A stretch of 64,000 nt of DNA, taken from Paraspadella gotoi (taxonomy: Eukaryota > Animalia > Chaetognatha). The position numbers and the translations under genes were made by a program. The notes under the pieces were generated by a model that saw only the letters and a program-made list of their open reading frames with translations, was not told the origin of the DNA and searched no databases. The stretch is taken from contig CM119266.1 of the NCBI GenBank assembly GCA_051294375.1, positions 6,527,431-6,591,430 of the forward strand, given 5' to 3'. Of the stretch, positions 45,801 to 59,519 are shown one piece after another; positions within the stretch are counted from its first letter, which is position 1, and each line of letters begins with the position of its first letter.

Positions 45801-48121
45801 TATAGTTTTTTTTCTCACATTGGGATTTAAATATTATTTATACTATGCTAATCATTATTGGGAATAGTCTATTCCTGTGATTCTTAGAACTAACCTTACA
45901 TTTGTCTAAATTTTTCTTTAAAAACATTCGCGTTTTTGTCCTTACCCATGTTCTTGTCGCAAGTCATCTCGTTTTCATAAAAATGTGTTCTTGCTGACGT
46001 GACTTTGTTCCTCCTATCTCCGAACGTCTCGTGAGATTTGGTGATGTGGCGGACAAATGTTCCTCCACCGGCCCCATCCTCGGCTCCTTTAGTATCCGCC
46101 GCATCCCGCTCCAGCCGCTGGGCCTTAGCTCCATCCATGTCCTCTTCGGCGCTGTAGTCTAGGATGCTCTTGACTCCGAAGGCCGCGTTGCGGGATATCG
46201 TGCCTTTTGGGTCGGTATCGAGTCTTGTCAGTGAGATTAGGTTAAAGATGGGTTCTAAATGCGGTCACGCCCACCTTGGATATCGTGTTTTCCTTCTCCG
46301 CCCACGAATTGACCGTAAATTGTCGCCCTCATGGCCTTCTTGAAAAGTCGCTTTCCCATAATTTTTCGCGATGTTTTAATAATGGTTTTCGCGTTGTCCA
46401 CCAGCTTGTCGAAAGTGCAAAGCTGGCAGAGAAGGCAGGTTATCTGTCATTTAATAGTTAAATACTTAAAATAAATAATAATATATACTCTGAAGACGAT
46501 GATGCTTCGTATGAGTTCGAGGGTGGATTTATTCTTGAAGCATTCCTTGGTGTTAGAAAAGGAAAGATCGAGCTTCTCAAAGTGAAGATCGCGACGAATC
46601 TTGTCGTCGACGGCCCCGACTTTTTCAGTTTCATCTTTGTGCGCGTAACATTTTTGGTTGAGGGCGTTGGACGAGAGACTTTGTATTCCTTGGAAAAATG
46701 AGGGACTGTAGTGACTTAATATCACTACTCGTTGGATATTTTTTAAATTGGGAAGCTGTCGATTGCTTGTAGTATCTTGTATCTAGAGCTATGCCAAAAC
46801 TACATGACTACTATAATGGGGGATTTGAATGTAAACAATACCTCTAAACCTTTGGTACGTTCGACTCTGACGTAAGCTCGATCGCGAAATGGACGCTAAC
46901 ATTTTTTTTTGAGGTGGAGTGAAAATCTGGGTTTAATTTAAGTTTCCATGTTTTTCGACGAAACTCTGCTGCGCGGTCGTTCATTTCAAGGGCTCGGCTC
47001 TCCGTGTAAATTGCTGCTTGGCCGAGATTAAGGGACGACGACGCCGATGATAAAAAAGATCGATCCCGTTCGAAAAAAAAGTTTAAAAAGTTTTATGATC
47101 GGTCACTCTACCTTGATTTAGCGGTTAACGGGTGTAAAGGTTGCCTTCGCAGATTGTTGATAATTTAGTATTACGGTTCTATTTATAACCGTAAATAAAA
47201 TGCACTGTTATTATCTCTAATTGATTTATTGGCTAACTTATTTTAGGGATTATTCTAACAGAGGGATATCTCTGTTGTAAAGATGATTACCCTGATTATA
47301 CATGACATCGGTTAATATAGGTTCAGTGGATATTTAATTAGTGACTTACTTAATGGTTTGAAGGCTACTTGACTGGCTTCTTGGTAAGACTAATGAACTC
47401 GAGAGTTAGGCTTGCAATGTATTCAAGTATAGACCTATGAAAAGATAGCAATTACATGTTATTATCTTAATGGATGCTAAACCTAAGTGTTGAGCTCGCA
47501 AGGGCATAGTGGTTCAAAACCGACCCTTGTAATACTTTTTTTTTATTAATACTAAAAACAAAATTAGAAACATTATCAATTGTCTGAGAATATATTTCTT
47601 TTATTAACCATAGAAAAGTCAGCTGGAATCACAAGAATAAATAAAGTAGTAAACTAGCAATTATGATGATAAAATCAATAATTATTTAGCTATTAGTTGA
47701 ACCACAAATAAACATGATCATTTACTAATGTAAAATATTAATATTGAACCCAAAACCCCAAAACCTCAAAACCCGCAAAAGAACAAAAATTTATCAAAGC
47801 TTAATCAGAATACGACAATATGCAAATGAGATTGAGGAACTCCATCTCATTCCAGATAATTCACAAATTAATCTGCTACATTATAGTTAATTAAATTTGA
47901 AAAAAAGTTAGCGTAAAAAGACACTAAACATCCCTTTCCTCCTAATCCTTCCTTTTTTTTTCCTCCCCTCTTTCACTCCCTCCACTTCAGAGTCGCAAAA
48001 CCTTCCTCGTCAGCCTCCCCTCGAAGTCGCCATCTCGCACGCGCGCCAGTGCCTCCACCTCATGTCGCGCGCGCACATCGGCGCATGCGCCTTCGCCGAC
48101 GTTGAGACCTATCTAAGTTGA
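34463..48121 (+). CDS. RANBP9: Ran-binding protein 9/10 (SPRY-LisH-CTLH-CRA, CTLH/GID E3 ligase scaffold); host of two nested genes
   Basis: Approximate exons: 34463-34682, 35627-35738, 36442-36686, 37628-37813, 38103-38186, 38523-38653, 38819-38955, 39159-39479, 39611-39784, 39939-40181, 42558-42705, 42784-42897, 42975-43160, 47991-48121. [44 protein letters not shown]; Lis[19 protein letters not shown]; [38 protein letters not shown]; C-terminus [43 protein letters not shown]. Confidence 0.93.
35581..35613 (+). repeat. (CT)n microsatellite directly upstream of a 3' splice site
   Basis: About 16 CT units ending about 13 nt before the RANBP9 exon 2 acceptor. Confidence 0.9.
36790..37035. repeat. 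Degenerate GAACCTTCCAGAA-type tandem tract in a RANBP9 intron
   Basis: Repeated variants AAGAACCTTCCTGAAA, GAATCTTCCAGAGA, AAACCTTCGAAA, GGAACTTCCAGAAGCCTTCAGAA. Confidence 0.45.
37499..37569 (+). repeat. (CT)35 microsatellite near a 3' splice site
   Basis: Pure CT run in a RANBP9 intron, about 60 nt upstream of the acceptor at about 37627. Confidence 0.95.
38279..38288. other. Assembly gap (10 N)
   Basis: Run of N inside a RANBP9 intron. Confidence 0.98.
39883..39892. other. Assembly gap (10 N)
   Basis: Run of N inside a (CTTT)n/(CATT)n-rich RANBP9 intron. Confidence 0.98.
40383..42447 (-). CDS. Divergent LIM-domain (zinc finger) protein nested antisense in a RANBP9 intron
   Basis: 8 exons join in frame via GT-AG. 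LIM1 CVVC..HNDCLV|CMKC..CEEC; LIM2 [16 protein letters not shown]..[acidic insert]..CQEC; LIM3 CHVC..[insert]..[15 protein letters not shown]; basic C-terminus [11 protein letters not shown]-stop. The start at 42447 is tentative. Confidence 0.8.
43390..46902 (-). CDS. PRODH: Proline dehydrogenase (mitochondrial), nested antisense in the last RANBP9 intron
   Basis: About 13 exons. Presequence [21 protein letters not shown]. Motifs [134 protein letters not shown]. Confidence 0.96.
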
Positions 48122-49312
48122 CCTTAGCTCTACCTAGGGAAAAAAGGTCAGTTTGCGTACGAAAAAATCGGTAGTCATGGAAATATAGCATGAGCGACCG
48201 GAACCTCTCTCCTGAAGTATTCGACTTTAGTTTAATTTTGCTGCAAGAATTAACCTTATCCTTAACTACAAATTTACCAAGACCCCCCAATAACCAAAGT
48301 AATTTCATTTATTGATTTTATTTATCAGTGTTGCGAGCGACTCTTCAAATGGGGTATCACCACACGTCATGTACCCCCCGTGACATCGCACGACATGGCC
48401 GAACATGGAGCGACATGTAGACACCAGACGTGACGGAAATGAACGTCAACGTCAAATTATTTTTTTTTTGTAATCGTTTGCACTGAGCGACGAGACTGTC
48501 CACGAAAATGGTCGCACTCACTTCCCCTAAAAACTTGACTTTTCATCTCCCCTCTATTTCTCTCCTTCTCTCTCTTTTTCACTCGCCGCAGCTCCCTCTC
48601 CAAAATAGGAATGTTCGTTCGGTCGTTTCGATCGTTCGTCCGTTTGTTCGTTGATTCGTCCTCGAGAAAAGATTAAACGAGAGAATGGTTGATCAATGAT
48701 CAAGGATCATCCTGATGTATAGCTAATTTTGGGCTTTGGTGCACCAGTACTTTAATTTCTATCATACTTCACTCGCTACTACGTGTGACAGAATTACGAA
48801 ATTCAGTCTAGTATTTTAAATGTTCTTTAGCTTATTAACTTTTTAATTATGGCTCGGTTTATGTTTTCGTTAGATTTAATGTTGCGGCTGTGATAGATGC
48901 ATTTTAGAAAAGGATCATTGGGTAAATGTTTCCAACTTCAAAACTCCAACATTTTGATAAATAATAATCTGAAAAGTTATTTTCTGTAGTAATTTCTGAA
49001 GTTTAATTTCATTTTATTGATATGAATTATCTTTTAACGTTAAAAGACTGAAACGGATATTGTATCGATCGTAATTTGAATATAGCTAGTCTTGTGATTC
49101 ATCAATGTTTAACTGGTCAATTCATGATTCTAGCTTCGAACGTTATGTGATATAGCTACGCTGCAGCCTGTATAGAAAATCGCTTTGTCCTTTTTTTGAT
49201 TTTACTTCGTATTCGAGCAACAAAAAAAAAATTATATTTCGACGAGTTCGGTTATATGTAAGCAATCGCCTCGTCAAGAAAGAGCTCAGGTTCGTTCGCG
49301 TTTCCGGTCTAC

Positions 49313-49313
<1 letters not shown>

Positions 49314-49359
<46 letters not shown>
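49314..49359 (+). repeat. Poly(T) homopolymer, 46 nt
   Basis: Direct count. No flanking target-site duplication is apparent. Confidence 0.9.
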
Positions 49360-49360
<1 letters not shown>

Positions 49361-50580
49361 TCGATTAATTATAACCAGAAAATTTTCGGTGTTTCACTGC
49401 GATCGAATGGAAGATATGCACTAGAAGCGGAGAGACTCTCCGCAGACATCAGAAGGTTTTATATCAGTTATTGTCTTTTTTTGGGGGGGGGTCGTTGAAT
49501 AAAAAACTTTGGGGAGGGGTTATTTTGTTTACCAAATTTGAGAGAGAAATTAAGCACGCCTTTTTTTCCAAGTTTTTTTTCTTTTTGGTAATCATATATC
49601 AATTATTCAAAGTTGTTTTTATGTCGATCTAAATCCTACTATTTGCTTGTAAGTAGACCTATAATCTTGTGCGGTTTTTTTTCTTTTGTGATGTGTAATC
49701 CGACAAGTTTGAACCCATTGTCGCATTTTTACTGATCAACAACCTAAATTCTTATTAGAAATTTTGAGAAAGATTTCACTGAAGATTTTTTGAGATTTCG
49801 TTGTATTAAGGACTAGATGTATATGAGACTAAAAACGTACCATTTTATCCACACTTTTTGTAGGTACAAAGAGTTATTTTCTTTTTTTGCTAAAGTAGAT
49901 TAGAAAAATTTTCGCTTCATGAGAAATACGTTTTATTTAGGAATTTTGGTATAAATGTATAGCAAATCACAATCTTTATTGATTGTCACAAGGCGCTGTA
50001 ATATCAAGACAGTTAATATACCATTATTTCCTAACAAACATAGTTGCACTGGTTTTCTTTAATTTAAAAGCAGTTAATCAGAAAAATCTTCATTTTCGAT
50101 ATCGCTATTTAAACGATGCTCGGCTTAGAAACTAATTAAAAAATAGAAATGGATGATTATAAATACGAAAACAAGTTCTTTATTTCGAGCACTGACTTTA
50201 TTCTGTATATAAGGTCATTGATTAATTGCTATCGATTTTGATTTTGTAGATTGAACTCTTATTTTATTATTGATCAATGATTACGACGTCGCTAGCATAA
50301 TTGAGTTGTACGCTTAGGTGCTACAAGTAGTTTTAATTTGTTTGCTATTTCAGGTTAATTTTTCAAGATAAAACAATTAGCTAGTATGGATCCTCCTCTG
50401 GGAAGATAAATATTTCGAAAAAAGGGAAACTTTCAGTTTAAAAGAATTCAATCTATAGAGTTTACAAGTGAGAATAAATATTTGACTAGGTATGCTAACA
50501 CATACTAGCTAAAAGCTCAAAACTAATCAGAAAAAAACTAAAGGTTGTCATCTCAGTGAGGAACTACGTTCGGATTCGCT

Positions 50581-52205
50581 ATGAACGTCGCCGCCGCCTC
50601 CTTTGGCCATTTCGTCGCGCCGAAGTCGCCCGCCGCCGCCTTTAAATTTTACCCTTTCGTTTTCAAAGAAATTCGTGGAACGCGCAGCGCCGCCTCCACC
50701 TCTGCCGCCAACTTTCAAGCGGCGTTAAGACGCGATCCCCGCATCGTCCGCTCAGGAGGTTGGGTGAGTCAGTCACAGGTGACTGAAGACGGCCGGTTGC
50801 ACCAAGGCTTCCTTCTCGAAATGCTGGAAGAGGCGGGAATGGTGGCCGCCGCCAACCACATCCTTCAGCATGGCGCCGCCAAAACTTCCTCCGTTCCTAC
50901 TTTGGTTAGGATGGATCGGGTAAGTCCTTTTAGTTTTTGATGTGTAATGTTTTATGACAACCAGAAACGTTTTCGATACAGTGTTTAATCAGTCGCGGTT
51001 TATTAACCAAAAAGTGTTATTTAGGTAGCTAAAATATTTGTCTTTACTCTTTTTAGTTTATTCATCCTGCATTCATTTGAACCAGGGGTTTTCAAAATAA
51101 ACTTTTCTACATAGTTTTTTTACAAAATTTATTAATTTATTTATATTTATTTATTTATATTTATATTTATTTTATATTCTTAACTTACTTTTTTAATGGA
51201 ATGTCTTGAGTCGTGACAGACATATTAGTGCCTTATCGCGTCGTAATTGATTATCCATGTCTCGCAGGTGGAATTTCTAGACGCCAACTTCGTCGGCGAA
51301 ATTATCGGCATCGATTCTCTCGTCACCTTTACGTCCGATCGATCGATGGAAGTCAGCGTCGCCGTCGAAGCCTCCGGACTTTCGTTGTAAAAATCCATCC
51401 TCGATCCTCTGCGGTGAAACGAAACCTTCAATTCGCTTCTCCCCCCCCCCTTCGACGAAATCCCCTCAGGGGCGAATTGAAAAAGCGGTTGACGACGATC
51501 GCTCGCCTCTGGTTCGTCGCCGTTGACTTCGAAGGCGACAGTTCGTCGTCCATCGTCGCGGCGCCCCCGCTAACGCTCGACGAAGATCAACGCGCCGCGG
51601 GTCTGAGGCGCTATTCCGCTCAAAAGCAGAGCCGCGCCGCCCGCCGTCCCGCGCGTCAGTCAGTACCGGAAGTGGCGATCTGGTTGGGCGATCGAGACTT
51701 TGGCTCCGGAACCGTCGACGCCAGTCAGTTCTGCCTCGCTCAATACGTCAACGTTAACGATTGTGACGAGCGCCGCTTCCTCACCGCCGGCGCGCTACTA
51801 AAGCCCTCGTTGGAAGCGGCGACAACTGTGGCGCGACTTCACGCTCGCGGCGCCCGCTGCGTTCCCGTTTCTCTCAACGATTACGACTTTCGACGCCGCG
51901 TTGAATCCGGCGCCGTACTTCACCTTCAAGCGCACGCGACCTTCGCTGATCGAGAGGATATCGAGGTGGAGGTGGTGGCGCACGGATGGATTATCGATCT
52001 TCAATCGATGGCGCTAAAGAAAGACGCCGCGTTCGCCGTCGGATTCTTTTCTTTCGTCGCCGTCGACGCCGATGGGAAGAAGGTGGGCGTGCCGGCGCTG
52101 AAGGTGGAGACGCAGGAAGAGAGAGAAGTGTTCGAGGAGGGGAAGAGGAGGAAGGAGATGAAGTGGATGGAGCGAGAAGAATTCGAACAGGTTGGGGGGA
52201 AATAA
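50581..52205 (+). CDS. Acyl-CoA thioesterase with tandem HotDog domains (ACOT7-like)
   Basis: Exons 50581-50919, about 51268-51385 and about 51470-52205. HotDog 1 GRLHQGFLLEMLEEAG..TLVRMDR|VEFL..VGEII..VTFTSDRSMEVSVAVEA; C-terminal FFSFVAVDADGKKVGVPALKVETQEEREVFEEGKRR, typical of ACOT7/11/12. Confidence 0.8.
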
Positions 52206-52533
52206 ATGGAAGTTAATGATTAAAGTCTTAGGTATTTTCGTACGTAATTCTTTTGCCTACGTATATAACTATTCATTGTCTTTCTCTTTGATAATAAATA
52301 ATGAGAGGCTGCTGTTTGACTCGTTTGATATAATGCCGTAGAAAATTAAGCCATCTAGTACAAAATCATTTACATCACAGACGAAGGAAAAAAGTCACTA
52401 AAGCGAAATGTGAGAATAATAAAATTCGGAAGCAGAAGTTTTGGGTTGATTTTTTGGATGAGAAGACAACTCGACTCGCACCGTGTTGGCACAGCGATTC
52501 TAAAAAGAAGACAATTCCAGGGCACAGCGAACT

Positions 52534-54373
52534 CTAAAAACTGACGCCTCCCCTTTCTCTGAAAAATCCGAGTCGACTGTGATTGTGTATGACTTGTGGA
52601 AGACCCAAGAAGGATTCACCGACGATCGCCTGCTCCATGATCAGGCACTGATGCGTCGGCGCCGGCGGGAATTCTGAAGAAGAAACCTCTCCGCTCGGCG
52701 CTGACAAGTTGGCCGGAGAGAGCGGCAGCTCGGAAGCGGCGTCTGCGGTGGGTGCGTCGGCAGGTCGCGACGCCCAAGCGGCGGGAAGATTCTCGATGGC
52801 CTTCACCGCCGTCGAGATGAAGTCGTCAACGTTGAAGACAGACCGTGATTCGAGGGTGCACCTTTTGAAAAAGAGTTGTTGTCAGATAAAATGTGTCGTT
52901 CGAAAAGCTCATTTTATATAGTCCTTAAAACTCAAATCTACATCTTATTAACTGAGCTATTTCTTCTTACAATGTAGTTCTTGTTTATTCACAAAATTTG
53001 CGATTTCTCATGAATCACATATCTCCATTTCTCCTTATTTTCTGCTCCCTCCCTCCCTCCTTCTCTGCTCCCTCCCCCTCTTTTCCCTCCCCCCTCTGCT
53101 CCCTCCCCCCTCTTCCGCCTCCTTTCCTCCTCTTCCATCCGCCCCACTTCTCCCCAAAACAATCTGCACTCAACGATTGATCGTAGAAAAGCGGATGAGA
53201 GGCGAAGGTGACGTAGGGAATCTCTTTGCTCCACGGATTCCACTTTGTCTTTGACGTCGTCGGTTTCATCAAATCCCAACAGAATCGGATTCCGCCGTAA
53301 TTCCTTTTCAAGAACAGTATATAAGATTAAGTTGTTTATTTAAGTATTAATTAATTTTGCTAAATGTCCCCCAACATTCCAATCAATCAATATCATGAAT
53401 GAACTTGATTAATGATTAGTGCAGGAGGCAAGTCATTCGCCTCCCAACCCAAAGGTCCTGGGTTCTCGCCTGGTGGTCGCCTAGCTTAACCCGCCTGTAA
53501 CACATTGTTACAGCCTGATCCGAAGCTCAGGGACTGCTTATATTGAACGGTTCTGCCATTATTACTGTCTCTTCACGGTTAGTGAATTTAAGTCAACTCA
53601 ATTCAATGTCAACACGCTAATGAGATTGATGCATTGGAATTGATATTTTTGTGGAGATTCAAAATTCCCCTTCGGCCTTACCTTTTGGGCATGAGAGATT
53701 TGGCGGGGCGCTCCAGCGATCCGATCGCCGCCTTCTCTATCGAGGCGAGAAAGATTTTGCGGAATTCAACGACGCGTCGAGTGATGAAGTCGACTTTGAA
53801 GATGAGGAGAGCGACTGGATGAAAAAAAGGGACTGGCTTTGTGATTGTAGAAATTGTTTTAGTTTAGACACATAGTCTAATAGTTATGTCATTATTCGCT
53901 TTTGTCTGGTTTTGACATGTGCCACTGTCTACCACGTTTTATCTGATTTTAAATTAAAACGCTTTCCGTCTTACATTCTGTGAGAAGAACGAGCCTTTCC
54001 TTCTCCACATCCCAGTGGTCGATTTCCATCAACAACCAGGCGCCTTTCGTCTTTCCGTCCGAAATCTCCAGGTGCATAGAACAGGCGCCCACGCTCTCTT
54101 CCAGCGATCCGCTTTTTCTAAGGCATTAGTAATGGATAGGCGTAAAAGTTTCGAGGTTCGTATTAATAAATATTAATAATTATTAATATCTAACTTGGAA
54201 TAAAATCTTTGGTTCTTTTCCTGCGGCTCCCTCTCCAGCGGAAGTGGGGCGTTGACGCTGGCGAATCTGGGAACCGTCTCCTCGTTCGTCTCGTCGTTTT
54301 GCGGCGCCGTCGTCATTACCGCGTTCGGCGCTCTCTCGAGTTCCGGTGGCGAAACGGCGCTCAGTGGATCCAT
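52534..54373 (-). CDS. TPRG1L: Tumor protein p63-regulated gene 1-like (hSac2-domain, mover family)
   Basis: 5 exons. KGAWLLMEIDHWDVEKERLVLLTE, LLIFKVDFI, KWNPWSKEIPYVTFASHP, and C-terminal GESFLGLPQVIHNHSRLGFFRERGGVSF match TPRG1/TPRG1L family motifs. Confidence 0.85.
53417..53575 (+). mobile_element. tRNA-derived SINE, copy 2 (5'-eroded, about 24-bp internal deletion)
   Basis: GTGCAGGAGGCAAGTCATTCGCCTCCCAACCCAAAGGTCCTGGGTTC..GCTTAACCCGCCTGTAACACATTGTTACAGCCTGATCCGAAGCTCAGGGA..CTGTCTCTTCA aligns with 21097-21285. Lies in a TPRG1L intron. Confidence 0.75.
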
Positions 54374-55856
54374 TATGATTTTCTATTGCGATGAAGGCCA
54401 AAAGAATATCGAGGTCGACGAATCGGAAAAAAGGCGAAATAAGATTTGAAAGTCGAAAAACGAGGTCGTGACGGAACGACTTAGCAACCAGCCTTGGATG
54501 GAGGCGGGTAGCGGTGGTAGGTGCGAGTCCAGACGGATTTGTTTGCCGTGCGTTGCAGTTTTCGACGGAAATATATTGGGGGGGGGGAGAAGAAAGAAGC
54601 GTCTGGTTCGTATTTCGGCCAATCATAACATCGCTTTCGCAGCTCGTTTGTTTTGAAGCGTTCTGATTGGTCGGCTTCGATGGAGGCTTGGCTTCGGTCG
54701 TTGAACGGATTGTTTGCTCAGAGCGCGAGCGCGTGCTCGCTAAACTTATGGGGGAGTTTTTTCGCAACGAGGCGATAATGTTTCTGTTTGTTGCTTGAGA
54801 TATCATTGATGGAGAAGGGACGTTGTTTAAATGGTATTGGTTTTATTCTGGTTTAGAATAAATAGGGAAAAAAATTTATATTCGTGATTGGATTGGACAT
54901 TGGACAACTACCACAATTTTAGTGCGAATATAATAATTTCGTGAGTTCTTGGAAATAATTTCGGTTATAGATGTGGACTTTTCACTCTTACTTAATTACT
55001 AACATCACATTCGTTGATTTCTCTTTATACCTAATTGACATCAGCAATCTGCAATGTTTCAGTTGATAAAAAACGTAACGCGTTTGATTGGTCGCTGGAT
55101 CTACTGGCATTAAAAAAGATTGTTTTTCAAATTTTTTCTGCTCAAGATTTTATTTTGCAGTTCTAGAATGATTCATTTTACTATGAAATTGGTACAACCA
55201 ATATAAAAATTAGCCATTAATTTAATAACTCAGCTATCTTGCCCATGACTTTGGACATGCTTTGGTGGTTTTAGGCCTATATCACCCTTAAAAGATAATA
55301 ACATAGCAGGACCCTGCTTTCAATCAAGACTCTCTCACAGACTCGTTTATTCACTCCCAGAGTACCTAGCTTCCCTATCAATGAAGTGGTATAATATTTC
55401 GAAGAATGTATATGTAATATGTATTGATTTATTCAGCGTTTTGTTTAAAGGTTAATCACATCCACATGGTTCTCTTCTCCGCTTCTTTAACTTCATCTGA
55501 TGTTTCATTCCTTTTATTTCGAAGAGTTCACTCTATATATATAAATTAATTTCAATGTATTATCTAAATATTTCAAATCATATTATTTCTTTCGCGTGGA
55601 AGTAATGATAGATCCGACGATGGCGAATCCTATTCGATAGTCAATTTCACTGTCTACGTGCCTTTTGTTTATCCCTCATCGTTGCGCAACAAATGACAAT
55701 CGAGCCAGGATGACAGATATTCTGCCAACGACGACAATATTAACGCGTCACTTCGGATCTGAGTTTATAAAGTCAACATGCTGGGCGACGGATGTCATCA
55801 GTATTGAATATAATCGCTTGGTTTCTAACCAGAAAAAAATATAATATTGATTCAAA

Positions 55857-56925
<1,069 letters not shown>

Positions 56926-57758
56926 AGGACGACCAAGTTTTCTTTTAATTTATTCCCGTTTTTTGTTTGTTTTCACTTAATTTCTCTTTCAGTCGGATTC
57001 CTTCGCTGACTTTGAAAATACTTTTAATTCTATTTATTTCTGATCAAAATTGTGATGACTTTTTTATGTTTAACTATTCTGAATGTAATGACTTCATTTT
57101 GATCTGTCCTATTTGTGTAGATTCTTGGTAAGATAATTTGCTTCTTGATACGTTGTCATGTTACTTCAATTTCTTTGTTACATATTACTAGTCAACTATT
57201 AAGTTTATTCCGTCTTAAATAGATAGCTAACCAACTTTTTTCCACTCCCATCAGCCAATTGCTCATTTGTTGTCGTCGTTCTCCTTTTCTTCCGCCCGAT
57301 CGCTTCGTCCACGACGAACTCCTCCTCGTCCCGCCGATCGGGTCGTCTCCCCTCCTCCTCTTCCTCCTCCTCCCTTTCTTCGACCTCAAAACGAGACTCG
57401 ACTGACAACACGACGAACGTGTGGCCGACGACGACGACGCCGGCACAAGACAGAAAACGCCATTCGTCTGACGACGTTGCCTACAAGGGCGACAACGCTA
57501 CGTCGTGCAGATGGCAACGTTTCTATTGACTAAAACCGTTTTCGTTATTGAATAGTAGCCATCGTTTGTTATAGGCTTTTGAAATTAACTCTGAAGCTGT
57601 TTTTGTTGAAACGAAACTATCATTAATCATAAGTTAATATACATTTCTTGTCTGATTATTTGGTTTCATTTCTCTAACGTTAAAAAATCAATCAATCTTT
57701 ACATTCCAGTTGATCTCAAACTAGTGACTTTCGACTGAAGAACAAAAGAGAAAATAAA

Positions 57759-59519
57759 ATGGAGATTTTGAGTCGGACTTTTTTTCTGTTTCTTCTCGTC
57801 GCTTTTCCGACGCTCAGCATCGTCTCCCGGGGTAAGTTAACATCCCTTTTTGGCGGGGGTAAGGTCTTATTTGAAACGGTAAATGTCTATAGTCACTTTG
57901 ATGTTAAGGATTATTTATTTATTTTATTATTATTATTTCTTTGAAGGCGGTCTAGCGGTGGCGGCGGAAGACGACGACGCCGTCGTCGATTCCGAGAACA
58001 CGGACGGAGAGGACGAGACGTTGGAGGACGACGGAGAGGAAGAGGGAGAAGTGGAGGACGAAGCGACGGTCGAGGACGGAGAAGACGACGGAAAGGGAAC
58101 GCAAATCGTAACGGAGGTGAGACAGAGGAAAGAGAAGGTTCCATGACTCCGTCGCCATCTTTGTCCAATCTTGACATTCCTGTCCCCCCCCCTCACCTCC
58201 CACTCCCTCAAAAGGCCGACGATGATGACGAGGACGATGTGGACGAAGGTCTGGCCAAATCTTCGCCCGACGCCGACGCCACGATCCTCTTCGTGAAGCC
58301 GGGCGCGTCGCCGGCCTCCATCGTCGCCGGAAAGGTCGTCAGGTTTCTCGTCGGATTCACTAACAAGGGTGAGGGACGGGGTGGGAGGGGATTTGGGCTG
58401 GTTGAGGGACTTGGTTGTCAATGTAGCGTTGATTCATTTGAATTAGTGCTGTTATCTTGTTAGGGTTACAAAGACGTATACGCCTACTTTTTAGTAAATT
58501 AAAATTGTTGTATTATGTCAGTTTGTGTGTCAATTTGTGACAGTAAAATTTTCAATCCAACTTGAAAGTTTTACAAAAAAAATTAACTTATTTTTTAGTT
58601 AAGTCAAAATATTTGGGCTACTGCATTCGTTATAATTGAAACCCTGAAGAAAATTATTAAATTAATTAACTTTTAAATCTCCTCTCGTCTCCTTAGGATC
58701 GAAGGAGTTCGTGATCGAATCCCTCGAAACTTCCTTCCGCTACCCGCAAGACTTTTCCTTCCACATTCAAAACTTCACGGCGGCCGTGTTCGAGCGGACG
58801 GTGGAGCCCAACAGGGAGGCCACCTTCGACTATGCCTTCACTCCGAGCGAGACATTCGCCGGGCGGCCCTTCGGTCTAGTCGTAAATCTCAACTACAGGG
58901 ACGAGGTGAGTCTTGTCAGGGAGGGGGGTGGTTGATCGAAAAGGTGAGGTCGTTTCTAATTCGATCCTTCGTTTTTTAAAACCAGGACGGACTCTTGTTC
59001 CAAAATTCGGTCTTTAACGACACAATCACCGTCAACGAAGCCGACGAGGGGCTCGACGGAGAAACCTTCTTTCTCTATCTCTTCCTCGTCGCCATGGTAA
59101 CCCAGGATACAAGGAATTTGTCTCCCCCCACCACCGTCTTCCACGACTTCTTTTTCCTCATCTTTGTCCCACGTTTTCTGTCCGACTTTTTCAGGTGGTG
59201 CTGCTCCTTGTCGCCGGCCAGCAGTTCCTCGCTTCTTTCTCCAGGAAACACTTGGGCTCCGGAAGTTCCTCCGCCAAAGCCACCGCGGATCCGGGTAAGG
59301 AAGACGAAGACTGCGTCGATCTTTTAATTCGGTATTAACTCACCCTACCGATCCTTTTTCTCAGGAGTCGAAATGGGCACGCAGAACGGCGGACTTTCCG
59401 GAGCCAACGGCGACATCGACATGAGTTGGATTCCGTCGCAAAACTTCGTCTCCCTCCACAATTCTGGAAGCCCCAAGCAGAGTCCTCGTCAGCGAAAGGG
59501 CAGACGACGGGAGGATTGA
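57759..59519 (+). CDS. SSR1: Translocon-associated protein subunit alpha (TRAP-alpha)
   Basis: 7 exons. Signal peptide, acidic N-terminus, SPDADATILF..VRFLVGFTNKG..SLETSFRYPQDFSFHIQNFT..FAGRPFGLVVNLNYRD..DGETFFLYLFL..VEMGT..DMSWIP..SPRQRK. Confidence 0.95.

Noticed and set aside
26532-46902. Functional cluster of mitochondrial and amino-acid genes (SHMT2, NDUFS4, PRODH, plus SLC36)
   Set aside because: They are interspersed with unrelated housekeeping genes on both strands, with no shared motif seen. Chance is sufficient at this gene density.
49314-49359. Poly(A) tail of an antisense retrocopy
   Set aside because: No target-site duplication or recognisable parent sequence next to the run.
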